Virus record (IMG/VR): IMGVR_UViG_3300022217_000232
Coordinates: 1 to 34,329 of that record
Origin: a virus
Lineage: Duplodnaviria > Caudoviricetes
Strand: one strand, 5' to 3'
DNA: 34,329 nt
The notes beneath the pieces were generated by a model. It saw only the letters and a list, made by a program, of their open reading frames with translations, was not told the DNA's origin and did not search any database. The position numbers and the translations under genes were made by a program. Shown here one piece after another: positions 1 to 9,056 of the stretch (its first letter is position 1; every line of letters begins with the position of its first letter).

Positions 1-112
1 CGTCAACTTTATGAGTCCTACCTATTCTGATGTGTCTATTGTCGCCATAGTTTAATTGGCGGTTTTTATTAGCGAAATAATAGGCTTTAATTGGTTTAAT
101 CGGTTTGTTCAT
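1..112 (-). CDS. N-terminal fragment of a phage protein (MNKPIKPIKAYYFANKNRQLNYGDNRHIRIGRTHKVD...), runs off the left edge
   Basis: ATG at 112 directly after the AAGGAGATTGAAAAATG leader and an early promoter; open to position 1; not in the ORF track. Confidence 0.75.
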   Translation of the reverse strand, partial: MNKPIKPIKAYYFANKNRQLNYGDNRHIRIGRTHKVD

Positions 113-147
113 TTTTCAATCTCCTTTTTTATTATTTATTTATTATA

Positions 148-176
148 ATTATATAATATCATAAAACTAAAGTCAA
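148..176 (-). promoter_or_regulatory. sigma70-type early promoter, copy 1 (TTGACT-17-TATAAT)
   Basis: Minus-strand TTGACT 176-171, 17-nt spacer, TATAAT 153-148; near-identical cassette recurs at 7792, 14148, 24870. Confidence 0.85.
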
Positions 177-189
177 GTAAATAATTAAA

Positions 190-197
190 TATAAATA
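190..197 (+). promoter_or_regulatory. T4-type late promoter (TATAAATA) for the sugar cluster
   Basis: TATAAATA 24 nt upstream of ATG 222; same motif precedes head genes. Confidence 0.7.
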
Positions 198-221
198 ATT
201 TAAAATAAAAGAGGAGTTTAA

Positions 222-1376
222 ATGATAAGCTTAGCAGAAAATACTATAGATAATAATGATATTAATTCACTTATAAATTGGTTATCTCAAACACCTACTC
301 CTAGACTTACTAAAGGTCCAATAACTAAAAAATTGGAGGAAAAATTTGCAAACTGGTTAGGATCTAGATATGCTATTTTCGTAAATTCTGGTAGTTCAGC
401 TAATTTACTTATGCTTTACGCTCTAATAGAATTAGGTAAATTAAACAAAGGTGATAAAGTTGCTGTTCCTGCTTTATCTTGGGCAACCGATTTAGCACCA
501 ATAATTCAATTAGGATTAGAACCTATTCTAATAGACTGTAATTTAGAAAACTTATCTATAGATATTAATCACTTTAATAAAATGATTAAAGACAATAATA
601 TTAAAGCTTTAATGTTAGTTTCTGTATTAGGCTTAGTTCCTAATATGAGTCATATTGTTGATCTATGTAAAAAAAATAATATAATATTATTAGAAGATAC
701 CTGTGAATCAATGGGATCCAAATTTAATAATAAAAAATTAGGAACTTTTGGATTAATGTCTTCCTTTTCTACTTATTTTGGTCATCATATTTCTACTATT
801 GAAGGTGGATTTATTTGCACTAATAATAATGTAATCAAAAATATGTTGGTGAGTTTACGATCACATGGATGGGATCGAGATTTAGATAAAAATGTTCAGA
901 AAAATTTACAAAACAAATGGAAAATAGATGAATTTAATTCTTTATATACTTTTTATACAGCCGGATTTAATGTTAGATCTACAGATCTTCAAGCTTATAT
1001 AGGATTAGGACAGCTTGATAAATTAAATAAAATTTGTGTGCAAAGAAATGAAAATTTTAAAACTTATATGAAATTATTAAAAGTAGATTGGAAACCTGAA
1101 GTAAAATTATTAAATAATTATATTAGTAATTTTGCCTTCCCTCTTTTACATCCTAATAAAGATAAAATAGTTAATGAATTAATAAATAATGATATAGAAG
1201 TTAGACCACTAATATGTGGTAGTCATGGAACACAGCCTATGTACAAAAAAAGATATGGGGAATTAAAATTACAAAATGCTACATATGTTGATGAATTTGG
1301 ATTTTATGTTCCAAATCATCAAAATTTAACTACTGATGATATAAATAAAATTTGTAATATTATAAATTCTTATTAA
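222..1376 (+). CDS. DegT/DnrJ/EryC1/StrS-family PLP enzyme, ColD-like (NDP-4-keto-6-deoxysugar 3-dehydratase type)
   Basis: VNSGSSANLL, EDTCES, STYFGHHISTIEGG (His in place of the Schiff-base Lys, as in ColD/E1), HGWDR, IEVRPLICG. Confidence 0.85.
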   Translation: MISLAENTIDNNDINSLINWLSQTPTPRLTKGPITKKLEEKFANWLGSRYAIFVNSGSSANLLMLYALIELGKLNKGDKVAVPALSWATDLAPIIQLGLEPILIDCNLENLSIDINHFNKMIKDNNIKALMLVSVLGLVPNMSHIVDLCKKNNIILLEDTCESMGSKFNNKKLGTFGLMSSFSTYFGHHISTIEGGFICTNNNVIKNMLVSLRSHGWDRDLDKNVQKNLQNKWKIDEFNSLYTFYTAGFNVRSTDLQAYIGLGQLDKLNKICVQRNENFKTYMKLLKVDWKPEVKLLNNYISNFAFPLLHPNKDKIVNELINNDIEVRPLICGSHGTQPMYKKRYGELKLQNATYVDEFGFYVPNHQNLTTDDINKICNIINSY

Positions 1377-1383
1377 TTATAAA

Positions 1384-2142
1384 ATGGCAATTACAAAAGA
1401 AATTTCTGATATTATTTACATTCATAGAAATCAACCAGCAATAATAGATTGTTTTGGCCCTAGTGGAAACAAAAATAGGAATTATATAAATAGTTTACAA
1501 AAATCAAAAAGAATTATTAGATTTTCATGTAATGATTGGTGGAGACATTTACCTAGTTCCCCGCCACCAAATTATTGGGTATTAGCAAGTTCTGTTGATA
1601 GAATAGATACATATCAATCACAAATTAATCGTTATAAAATTCCAGTTTTATATGCCTATTCTATAGATCATTCACATAAAAATATAATAAATTCTTTAGA
1701 TTGTGAATTCATATTAGGATATGATCAAAAACACCAAGATGGTAATCCTAATGGAGATTGGTGTTGTTCTAATGGTTGTAAAAATAATGTAGTGTTGGGA
1801 AAATTAACAATACAACAAGAATTAAAAAAAATATGCAATATAGATGAACAATATGGATCAGGTGATTCTGTAGTATTTCATATGATAGCATTTGCTATTT
1901 TAATGGGATGTAATCCTATATATCTAAATGGAGTTGATTTAGACTATAAAAAGGGATATGCAAATAATAATATAAAACCGCATACAGATAATTTATGGCA
2001 AGAATGTGCAGATAGACAAAAGGATAATTTTTCCATATTATTAAAAAGTGCTCATACATTAGGATCAAATATATATAATCTCAATTCTAATGCATGGTAT
2101 GGTATTTTTAATACAGGAACTTTAAAAAATATAAATAATTAA
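1384..2142 (+). CDS. Maf/DUF115-like putative (nonulosonic acid) glycosyltransferase
   Basis: N-terminal GPS motif, C-terminal SVVFHMIAFAILMGCNPIYLNGVDL typical of DUF115/Maf/sialyltransferase-like folds; context with neuA/neuB. Confidence 0.55.
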   Translation: MAITKEISDIIYIHRNQPAIIDCFGPSGNKNRNYINSLQKSKRIIRFSCNDWWRHLPSSPPPNYWVLASSVDRIDTYQSQINRYKIPVLYAYSIDHSHKNIINSLDCEFILGYDQKHQDGNPNGDWCCSNGCKNNVVLGKLTIQQELKKICNIDEQYGSGDSVVFHMIAFAILMGCNPIYLNGVDLDYKKGYANNNIKPHTDNLWQECADRQKDNFSILLKSAHTLGSNIYNLNSNAWYGIFNTGTLKNINN

Positions 2143-2159
2143 AAAAGTAAGGATATTAT

Positions 2160-2405
2160 ATGAATAATTTAATTAAAAATATTTTTAATTTTATAAAACC
2201 ATTATTTTGTGATAATGGTGGAGGAATGTCTATCGGTAGACTAGGTTTATGGTTTACTATGGCACCTGCAATAGAAATATGGTATAGTGGTAATGATATT
2301 AAAGAAAATCATTTATATGTTTTAGTTATTTTTACCGTGTATAATATGTATAAAAAAATACCTCAATTTATTGATCTTATAAAAGCTTGGAAAGGTAATA
2401 ATTAA
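2160..2405 (+). CDS. Small membrane protein, holin-like
   Basis: 81 aa, D-x-G-G-x-S-x-G-R followed by two hydrophobic segments and basic C-terminus. Confidence 0.4.
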   Translation: MNNLIKNIFNFIKPLFCDNGGGMSIGRLGLWFTMAPAIEIWYSGNDIKENHLYVLVIFTVYNMYKKIPQFIDLIKAWKGNN

Positions 2406-2780
2406 ATGATATGGAAAGATAAGGCTTTAGTAATATCTGGTATTCTCTTATTGATATTAGCATTATCAACACAATATTATCAAAAAAGAGCAGTAGCTTT
2501 TGAAAAAAGGTTTAAAGATGTTCAATTGAAATTAAAAATAGAAAGAAATGAACCTAAATTAAAAAATAATTTTCATATGATTGTGGATTTGGAAAAACAA
2601 TTACAAGAAGAATATAAAAAATATGAATCATTACATTCTGAATATAAACTATTCAAAATAAATAGATTAAAAAATTTAAAAAAGGAATTAAAGGATGTTA
2701 ATACTACAAAAGATATTTGCAATAAATTTTCTAGTCTTGGTTATAATATTTGTAATATCGTATCCAGTCCATGCAAATGA
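2406..2780 (+). CDS. N-anchored coiled-coil membrane protein, i-spanin-like
   Basis: Single N-terminal TM (ALVISGILLLILALS) then heptad-rich helix, C-terminal cysteines; overlaps next gene. Confidence 0.4.
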   Translation: MIWKDKALVISGILLLILALSTQYYQKRAVAFEKRFKDVQLKLKIERNEPKLKNNFHMIVDLEKQLQEEYKKYESLHSEYKLFKINRLKNLKKELKDVNTTKDICNKFSSLGYNICNIVSSPCK

Positions 2781-3090
2781 TAAAACTATAGTAAGAATTA
2801 ATAAAGATCCTAGTATAAAATTAATAATTGATTTTACTTATTTAAAAGAAGAATCTACAAAATTAAAAGCTATAAATAATAATTTAGAAAATCAAAATAT
2901 TTCTTTATCAAATCAACTTAACAAATGGAAAGAAAATTATGATATTAAAAAATTGCAATCTATTGAATGGGAAAAAAGTTATAATGATTGTTCTAAAGAA
3001 ATAACGAAATTAAGTATTACCCCGATTTATAAGAAACCATATGTTTGGTTCATAATTGGTATATTATCAGGAGTTTATATAAATAAATAA
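2695..3090 (+). CDS. Signal peptide + coiled coil + C-terminal TM protein, spanin-like
   Basis: Hydrophobic leader ending VHA, coiled coil, C-terminal KKPYVWFIIGILSGVYINK; overlaps 2406..2780 by 86 nt. Confidence 0.35.
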   Translation: MLILQKIFAINFLVLVIIFVISYPVHANDKTIVRINKDPSIKLIIDFTYLKEESTKLKAINNNLENQNISLSNQLNKWKENYDIKKLQSIEWEKSYNDCSKEITKLSITPIYKKPYVWFIIGILSGVYINK

Positions 3091-3111
3091 TTTAATTGGA
3101 GGATCGATAAA

Positions 3112-3965
3112 ATGGATAAAGTAACTATAATTGCAGATATCGGAATTAATCATTGTGGAGATATAAAAATTGTTAAAAAATTAATAAAAATTGCTAAAGA
3201 TGCTGGAGTTGATATTGTTAAATTTCAAAAAAGAACTATTGAAGAAGTATATAGTCCTGAAGAATTAGATATTCCTAGAGAAAGTCCTTTCGGTAAAACA
3301 AATAGAGAACAAAAAATAGGTTTAGAATTACATCAAAATGATTATAATGAAATTAATTCATTTTGTAATTATTTAGGTATAGACTGGACAGCTTCTTCCT
3401 GGGATATTAAATCTCAAAAATTTCTACGACAATATAATTTAAAATATAATAAAGTAGCTTCTGCTATGTTAACTTGTTTACCTCTATTAGAAGAAATAGC
3501 CAAAGAAGGTAAATATACTTTTATTTCTACAGGTATGAGCACATATGATGAAATAAATATAGCTATTGATATTTTTAAAAATATGATTGCCCCTATGAAT
3601 TAATGCATTGTGTATCTACTTATCCTATGAAAGACGAAGATGCTAATTTATGTATGATTAATATATTAAATAATAAATATTGTTGCAATGTTGGATATAG
3701 TGGGCATGAAGTAGGACTTCAAATAACATTAGCTGCCGTTGCTATGGGAGCAACTTCAATTGAACGACACATAACATTAGATAGAACAATGTATGGTTCG
3801 GACCAGGCAGCATCTTTAGAACCTAATGGATTACGACAATTAGTTAGAGATATTAGAATAATTGAGAATGCTATAGGAGATGGTATTAAAATTATTTTAG
3901 ACAAAGAACAAGAATGTAAAAATAAATTAGCTAATCCATATTGGATAAAAAAGGGAAGGAAATAA
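3112..3965 (+). pseudogene. neuB: N-acetylneuraminate/nonulosonate synthase split by a -1 frameshift at A5 3577-3581
   Basis: IIADIGINHCGD, VKFQKR, KVAS, ISTGMS in ORF1; HCVSTYP, GYSGHE, IERHITLDRTMYGSDQAASLEP in ORF2; adding one A gives IFKKYDCPYELMHCVSTYP. Confidence 0.9.
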
Positions 3966-3967
3966 AA

Positions 3968-4312
3968 ATGGAAATAGGAAAAACATTAGACAATTATATA
4001 AAAATAATGGTTAAAAATATTTTAGATGAAAATAAATTTCCAGATTATGACGATATTCACACCGATACATTAGCCGAATTAATTGATAAATTAATAATTG
4101 TGCATATTAGATATTGGTATTTAGAAGATGCTATGTCTGAAGCTAAAACTGATGAAGAATTAGCTCATTTAAGACGTAAATCAGAATGTCTATTTAAAGA
4201 AAAAAGACCTATGTTAATTGAAGGGTTTGATAAATTAATATTTAAAATATTAGAAGGAAAGGAAGTTTATACTCCTTCTAATACTAAACAATATAAAGGA
4301 TGGAAAAATTAA
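3968..4312 (+). CDS. DUF4254-like helical protein
   Basis: DTLAELIDKLIIVHIRYWYLED motif; start reassigned to ATG 3968 after AAGGA. Confidence 0.5.
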   Translation: MEIGKTLDNYIKIMVKNILDENKFPDYDDIHTDTLAELIDKLIIVHIRYWYLEDAMSEAKTDEELAHLRRKSECLFKEKRPMLIEGFDKLIFKILEGKEVYTPSNTKQYKGWKN

Positions 4313-4313
4313 T

Positions 4314-5210
4314 ATGAAATATGGAATATGGAGACATGAAAATGCTTTAGGTAATTCGGCTGAGCATACAATAGCATTAGCTAAACATATAGAAAGAATT
4401 CAAGATGAAGATCCTATTATTTATGTAGAAAAAGATTTTCAAAAATATATGGCTATGTGTATACCTAAAATTACAGAAGATAGGATTAAATTTTTTGATC
4501 CCCATATAATAAAAGAATTTGATAGATATGGTCCTGGAAAATTAGGTGAATGGGTTAATACTCACTTAGCTACAAATGAGGAATATAAAGATGTACATTT
4601 ACCATATGTATATGCTTATAAACTACCTGCTTATAATGGGATGTGGGAAGATTTACCAGCCGATCCAGATATTACATTGAAATTTCCATACGAAACATAT
4701 AATAATAAATTTAATATTCCTTCAAAAGCTATTATCATTCAAGTTAGAGAACAAGGAACATATTGGAAAAGAATTGATGGTGCTAATTGTGAACCTGATC
4801 GATTTGTAAATCCAACTACTTTTAAAAATATAGCTTTATATTATGCAGATAGAGATTATAAGATGATTAGAATTGGTGATCCTAATCAAACTCCATTTCC
4901 ATCACATGAAAATATTATAGATTTAGCTATGAATTCAGAATCGACAGTATTAGACGATTTATATGCTATATCTGAATCTTCAATATTTTTATCATGTGAT
5001 AGTTCAATTTGGCCTATGGCAGGTGGCATGAAGAAAAATTTAATACTCAGTAATGTTACTAGTGCCTTAAACAAAAAATGTATTGTAGATTGGTTACCCA
5101 AAGAAACTTCTATTGTTCATTTTAAAGAATTAGTAAATGGTAGAAGAATGGATAATGATATAAATCTTTTAATTAATTCTATTGAAACTTTATTAAATAG
5201 GTCAGAGTAG
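4314..5210 (+). CDS. Putative glycosyltransferase (TIGR04372/GT-B-like)
   Basis: IIIQVRE..., MIRIGDP...P...IIDLA...DDLYAIS..SIFLSCDSS pattern; within sugar cluster. Confidence 0.55.
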   Translation: MKYGIWRHENALGNSAEHTIALAKHIERIQDEDPIIYVEKDFQKYMAMCIPKITEDRIKFFDPHIIKEFDRYGPGKLGEWVNTHLATNEEYKDVHLPYVYAYKLPAYNGMWEDLPADPDITLKFPYETYNNKFNIPSKAIIIQVREQGTYWKRIDGANCEPDRFVNPTTFKNIALYYADRDYKMIRIGDPNQTPFPSHENIIDLAMNSESTVLDDLYAISESSIFLSCDSSIWPMAGGMKKNLILSNVTSALNKKCIVDWLPKETSIVHFKELVNGRRMDNDINLLINSIETLLNRSE

Positions 5211-5212
5211 AT

Positions 5213-5902
5213 ATGAAAATAGGAGCATTTATTTTAGCTAGAGGTGGATCTAAAGGTATTCCAGGAAAAAATATTATTAATTTTATAGATAAACCCTTAA
5301 TAGCCCATACTATTGATCATGCTAAAAATTCAAAATTTATTAAAAACAACATATATGTATCGTCTGATGATGATATGATATTAGAAATATCAAAAAGATA
5401 TGGAGCTAGCACTATAAAAAGACCTGATGATTTATCTACTGATGAATCGGATTCAGAGTTAGCATTAAAACATGCTATTAAATCATCTGAAATTGATTGG
5501 GATATTATAGTATTTCTACAACCTACTTCACCAATTAGAAAAATCGACGATATAGATAAAGCAATCGAGCAATTTTTAGAAGATGAAGAGAACGATTCTT
5601 TATTTTCAGCATCTCCTTTAAATGATGATAGTTGCTTATGGTTGAATCATTCAACTTCTGTTGGAGATACCTTAATACCTACTTATGATATTGATGATAG
5701 AAAAAGAAGACAGGAATCAAAGGATAATTATTATATAGAAAATGGTTCAATTTACATTTTTAAACCTAATATATTATTTGAAAAAAATAATAGACTAGGT
5801 AGAGATATAGACATGTATATAATGGAAAAATGGCAACAATATGAAATAGATGAATGGGATGATTTAGGAGTATGTGAATTTATGATACGAAGATATTTAT
5901 AA
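5213..5902 (+). CDS. neuA: Acylneuraminate cytidylyltransferase (CMP-nonulosonate synthetase)
   Basis: ARGGSKGIPGKN, VSSDD, KRPDDLSTD, LQPTSPIR, ENGSIYIF, EIDEWDD. Confidence 0.92.
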   Translation: MKIGAFILARGGSKGIPGKNIINFIDKPLIAHTIDHAKNSKFIKNNIYVSSDDDMILEISKRYGASTIKRPDDLSTDESDSELALKHAIKSSEIDWDIIVFLQPTSPIRKIDDIDKAIEQFLEDEENDSLFSASPLNDDSCLWLNHSTSVGDTLIPTYDIDDRKRRQESKDNYYIENGSIYIFKPNILFEKNNRLGRDIDMYIMEKWQQYEIDEWDDLGVCEFMIRRYL

Positions 5903-5906
5903 ATAT

Positions 5907-6128
5907 TTATTCATCTTTATTTATAAATTTTGACCAATCTCTACGTTCAATATGTACCATGGGAGTATCATAATATATTCTTGTTCCTGATTGGCAAAAT
6001 AATAATACACTTTCTTGATCACTACTAAGCTGATATCTAAATTCTTTTGCATTTCTAGGTAATTCTTTATTTTGAATAAATTTAAAGTTGAGAACATCAC
6101 CTGGATTAATATAAATTGTTCTAATCAT
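5907..6128 (-). CDS. Hypothetical early protein
   Basis: ORF track; tightly packed in minus-strand array. Confidence 0.6.
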   Translation of the reverse strand: MIRTIYINPGDVLNFKFIQNKELPRNAKEFRYQLSSDQESVLLFCQSGTRIYYDTPMVHIERRDWSKFINKDE

Positions 6129-6130
6129 TT

Positions 6131-6607
6131 TTAATCTCTTTTTCTTTTATACATTAATTTATCCCACATATCACATAGTTGTTCCATTCTATCTTCATCC
6201 CCTTCAAATCCACCAATTTCTTCAGATTCATTAAAAATTTTATTTCCTTCTATCATTATTTTTTTTGGTCCAGCTAAAATTTGTTGAGGAGAAGCCACCG
6301 CATATATTCCTTCTAATAAAATATCGGCATCAGGAGAGTGATTCTTAAATGTTTGTTTAGCTAATTCTATTATTTCACTTGGTTTATTAAACTTATTAGT
6401 TGGTTCAGTTGGATATCTTTTAAATCCTTCCTTCTTTCTAAGATATTTTAATTCTTCTTCAGAAGTTATGAATCTATTTAATTCATATACTTGAAATTCC
6501 CCATTAATGTCCCTAAAATATAATTTACCATAATAATGTTCAGCATCTAAACATTGCCCCTGCCATGAACTTATTTCTAAAACTACTATATTATATTTTT
6601 TATTCAT
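6131..6607 (-). CDS. Hypothetical early protein
   Basis: 158-aa ORF with AAGGA RBS. Confidence 0.75.
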   Translation of the reverse strand: MNKKYNIVVLEISSWQGQCLDAEHYYGKLYFRDINGEFQVYELNRFITSEEELKYLRKKEGFKRYPTEPTNKFNKPSEIIELAKQTFKNHSPDADILLEGIYAVASPQQILAGPKKIMIEGNKIFNESEEIGGFEGDEDRMEQLCDMWDKLMYKRKRD

Positions 6608-6624
6608 AATTTTATCCTTTTAGC

Positions 6625-6819
6625 TTACTCAGTTGGAATTATTTTCCATTCATGACCAGGGTCTTTTATAAATTCCATGCTAGAATGAATGGAACACCCC
6701 TGCCAAATAGTTGAGATACGCGTTCTTACGATCCAACCACCTGGAACTTTAAGCCTATCAGTGCACGTACTGAGCTCCTTTTGTGTGGTTATTTCTTCCC
6801 ATTTACCATTAGTTTCCAT
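6625..6819 (-). CDS. Small phage protein (RLKVPGGWIVR family)
   Basis: T-x-R-L-K-V-P-G-G-W-I-V-R and D-P-x-H-x-W motifs recurrent in phage small proteins; AAGGA RBS. Confidence 0.7.
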   Translation of the reverse strand: METNGKWEEITTQKELSTCTDRLKVPGGWIVRTRISTIWQGCSIHSSMEFIKDPGHEWKIIPTE

Positions 6820-6908
6820 TGTCTACTATCCTTTCTATTTTAAAAATTTAAATTGAGGGAAATGTATATGTTTGAATTTTCCAATGACCTATATTAAATT
6901 TTATACGA

Positions 6909-7088
6909 TTAATAAATTATCATATCGCCATTAAAAACATTGATAGATGATAATAATTGATTATTTATATTATAAAAATGAAGTATTCTTTTATCTTTAT
7001 TATCTGATATACCTCTATGTACTATCTTCTTTTCTTTTCTTAATAAATTTTCTGCTTCTATTACAGTTTTTATTTTAATATATCTCAT
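6909..7088 (-). CDS. Hypothetical 59-aa protein (MRYIKIKTVIEAE...)
   Basis: Missed by ORF track; AAGGAGATTGACAAAATG leader, fills the gap. Confidence 0.65.
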   Translation of the reverse strand: MRYIKIKTVIEAENLLRKEKKIVHRGISDNKDKRILHFYNINNQLLSSINVFNGDMIIY

Positions 7089-7109
7089 TTTGTCAATCTC
7101 CTTTTTATA

Positions 7110-7331
7110 TCAAAAATATTTAACTTTATTAAGATGTAGATATATTTTTATTTCATATGGGTTCACTACTGGAATTATTAATTCGCCAATTGGGCTATCT
7201 CCCATAATCATTAAATACCCTCGTGATTCATGAAGTTTACATAATCCATGTGTTGGTTTAGTAATTCCCTTTCCACTTCCTTTATATCCAAATAATCTTT
7301 TGCATATTGCACAATATTTTGGCACTCGCAT
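7110..7331 (-). CDS. Small zinc-binding protein (CxxC...THGLCxxH)
   Basis: CAIC and THGLCKLH motifs; paralogous to 13325..13567. Confidence 0.65.
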   Translation of the reverse strand: MRVPKYCAICKRLFGYKGSGKGITKPTHGLCKLHESRGYLMIMGDSPIGELIIPVVNPYEIKIYLHLNKVKYF

Positions 7332-7332
7332 T

Positions 7333-7566
7333 TTATCCCCCTATTTTATGAAGTTCATTAACAATATCGTTAATACCTTCCCTGGCTATATTTAAAGCTT
7401 CTTTAGGAGTTTGTTCACCTTCTAACTGACAATCGATAGGGAAAGCAACTCTATTCAACGCATTTTTAATCCTATCTGTAAGCCATGCCATAGCAAGTGG
7501 ACTCATTGCACGTAATTCTTTTATTGCCATTTCCTCTATATCTCCGGTAGTAATTAGATTCCCCAT
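7333..7566 (-). CDS. Hypothetical early protein
   Basis: ORF track; GGGAGGG RBS. Confidence 0.7.
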   Translation of the reverse strand: MGNLITTGDIEEMAIKELRAMSPLAMAWLTDRIKNALNRVAFPIDCQLEGEQTPKEALNIAREGINDIVNELHKIGG

Positions 7567-7594
7567 GATACCCTCCCTAATTAAGTTAATATCT

Positions 7595-7759
7595 TTAACC
7601 TCCTATATAGAAAGATTTTTCACATTCAGGACAATAGAAGTTAACTGTGGTTAACCCATAATGTTCTCCTGCGTCTTCATCATAATCATGTTCAATTTCT
7701 GGAATATCTTTTATTTCAACTTTTTCTCCACATACTGGGCAGATCATTTCAATCTCCAT
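7595..7759 (-). CDS. Zinc-ribbon protein (CPVC...CPEC), 54 aa
   Basis: Missed by ORF track; first ORF after early promoter copy 2, AAGGAGATTGAAAATG leader. Confidence 0.7.
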   Translation of the reverse strand: MEIEMICPVCGEKVEIKDIPEIEHDYDEDAGEHYGLTTVNFYCPECEKSFYIGG

Positions 7760-7791
7760 TTTCAATCTCCTTTTATTTAATTTATATTATA

Positions 7792-7820
7792 ATTATATTA
7801 TATCATAAAACAAATGTCAA
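7792..7820 (-). promoter_or_regulatory. sigma70-type early promoter, copy 2 (TTGACA-17-TATAAT)
   Basis: Perfect consensus: TTGACA 7820-7815, TATAAT 7797-7792. Confidence 0.9.
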
Positions 7821-7905
7821 GTAAATAAAATAATTTAATTAAATTATTTTTTACTTTATGATTATACCATATATTGTCTTAAAATAAACTAAAAATATGA
7901 TGTTA

Positions 7906-7913
7906 TATAAATA
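7906..7913 (+). promoter_or_regulatory. T4-type late promoter (TATAAATA)
   Basis: 30 nt upstream of ATG 7944. Confidence 0.6.
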
Positions 7914-7943
7914 TTTTTATAAAAAAGAAGTATTGGAGGATTT

Positions 7944-8909
7944 ATGCAAGAAAGAAAAGTCTGGTGGAATGGTAATATTATTAATGAGTCTGACGCTAAA
8001 TTATCAATTTTCGATGAAGCTTTAATGTTCGGAAGCTGTATCTTCGAAATGACTAGATCATTTAGTAATCCACATAATCAATTTAAATTAGAAGAGCATA
8101 TTGATAGACTTTATAATAGTGCTAAATATATCCATTTAGAAATTCCTATGTCTAAATTAGAAATGTTAGAAGCTATAGATGAAACAATTAATTCTAATTT
8201 AGACTTTATTCCCGATAAAGATGAACATAGAATTTTAATAAATGTGACAAGAGGGCTACTTGGTATATATGATGGTAATGTAAATATCCCATCTGGACCA
8301 AATGTTATTATAGCAGATTTCCCTTTAAGATGGACAGTTAATTCAATGGGACATCTTTTTGATTTAGGAATTAATGCTGTTATACCTTCTCAAAGAGCTA
8401 TTCCTTCTAAATTATTAGAGCCTAAAGTGAAGAATAGGAGTCGGATGCATTATCTTATGGCTAATATTGAAATATCTAAAATAGAGGGCAATGATAATTG
8501 GGCTTTACTTTTAGATGAAGATGGGTTTGTAGCTGAAGGAACTGGTAATAATTTTTTTATAGTTAAAAATAGTAAAGTTATAACTCCTGAAGGTAGAAAT
8601 ATATTAAGAGGAATTTCTAGAGAGTATATTTTTGAATTATGCGAAGAATTAGGAATTAAATGTATAGAAAAAAATATAGAACCATATGATGTTTTAACTG
8701 CTGATGAAGCATTTGTGACAGGTACACCATTTTGTATGTTACCTGTTACTAAATTAAATGGACAAGAAATAGGTAATGGAAAAATGGAAGAAATTACATC
8801 TTTATTATTACAAAAATGGTCTAAGAATGTTGGAGTAGATATTATAAAACAAATTCAAGGATATTCAAAAGTAGAAACTGGTAAGGGAGTTACACCTTAC
8901 CAGTTTTAA
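7944..8909 (+). CDS. Class IV PLP aminotransferase (IlvE/Dat-like)
   Basis: FGSCIFEMTR, LEEHIDRL, KVKNRSR, AEGTGNNFF, ILRGISR, ADEAFVTGT. Confidence 0.9.
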   Translation: MQERKVWWNGNIINESDAKLSIFDEALMFGSCIFEMTRSFSNPHNQFKLEEHIDRLYNSAKYIHLEIPMSKLEMLEAIDETINSNLDFIPDKDEHRILINVTRGLLGIYDGNVNIPSGPNVIIADFPLRWTVNSMGHLFDLGINAVIPSQRAIPSKLLEPKVKNRSRMHYLMANIEISKIEGNDNWALLLDEDGFVAEGTGNNFFIVKNSKVITPEGRNILRGISREYIFELCEELGIKCIEKNIEPYDVLTADEAFVTGTPFCMLPVTKLNGQEIGNGKMEEITSLLLQKWSKNVGVDIIKQIQGYSKVETGKGVTPYQF

Positions 8910-9056
8910 TTGATTTTTCTTTCTTTGTTTAGCTTTTTCTAAATAATATTGACATACATTAGGATCTGAATGGGTAGAAAAATAAGAAAAAGCAGCCATT
9001 GGTCTACCTACGCCAGGCCCTCCATAAATAGAACATGTACCGTTATAATATTTCAT
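8865..9056 (-). CDS. Hypothetical protein
   Basis: ORF track; last gene of array, 3' end overlaps aminotransferase tail. Confidence 0.45.
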   Translation of the reverse strand: MKYYNGTCSIYGGPGVGRPMAAFSYFSTHSDPNVCQYYLEKAKQRKKNQLKLVRCNSLTSFYF

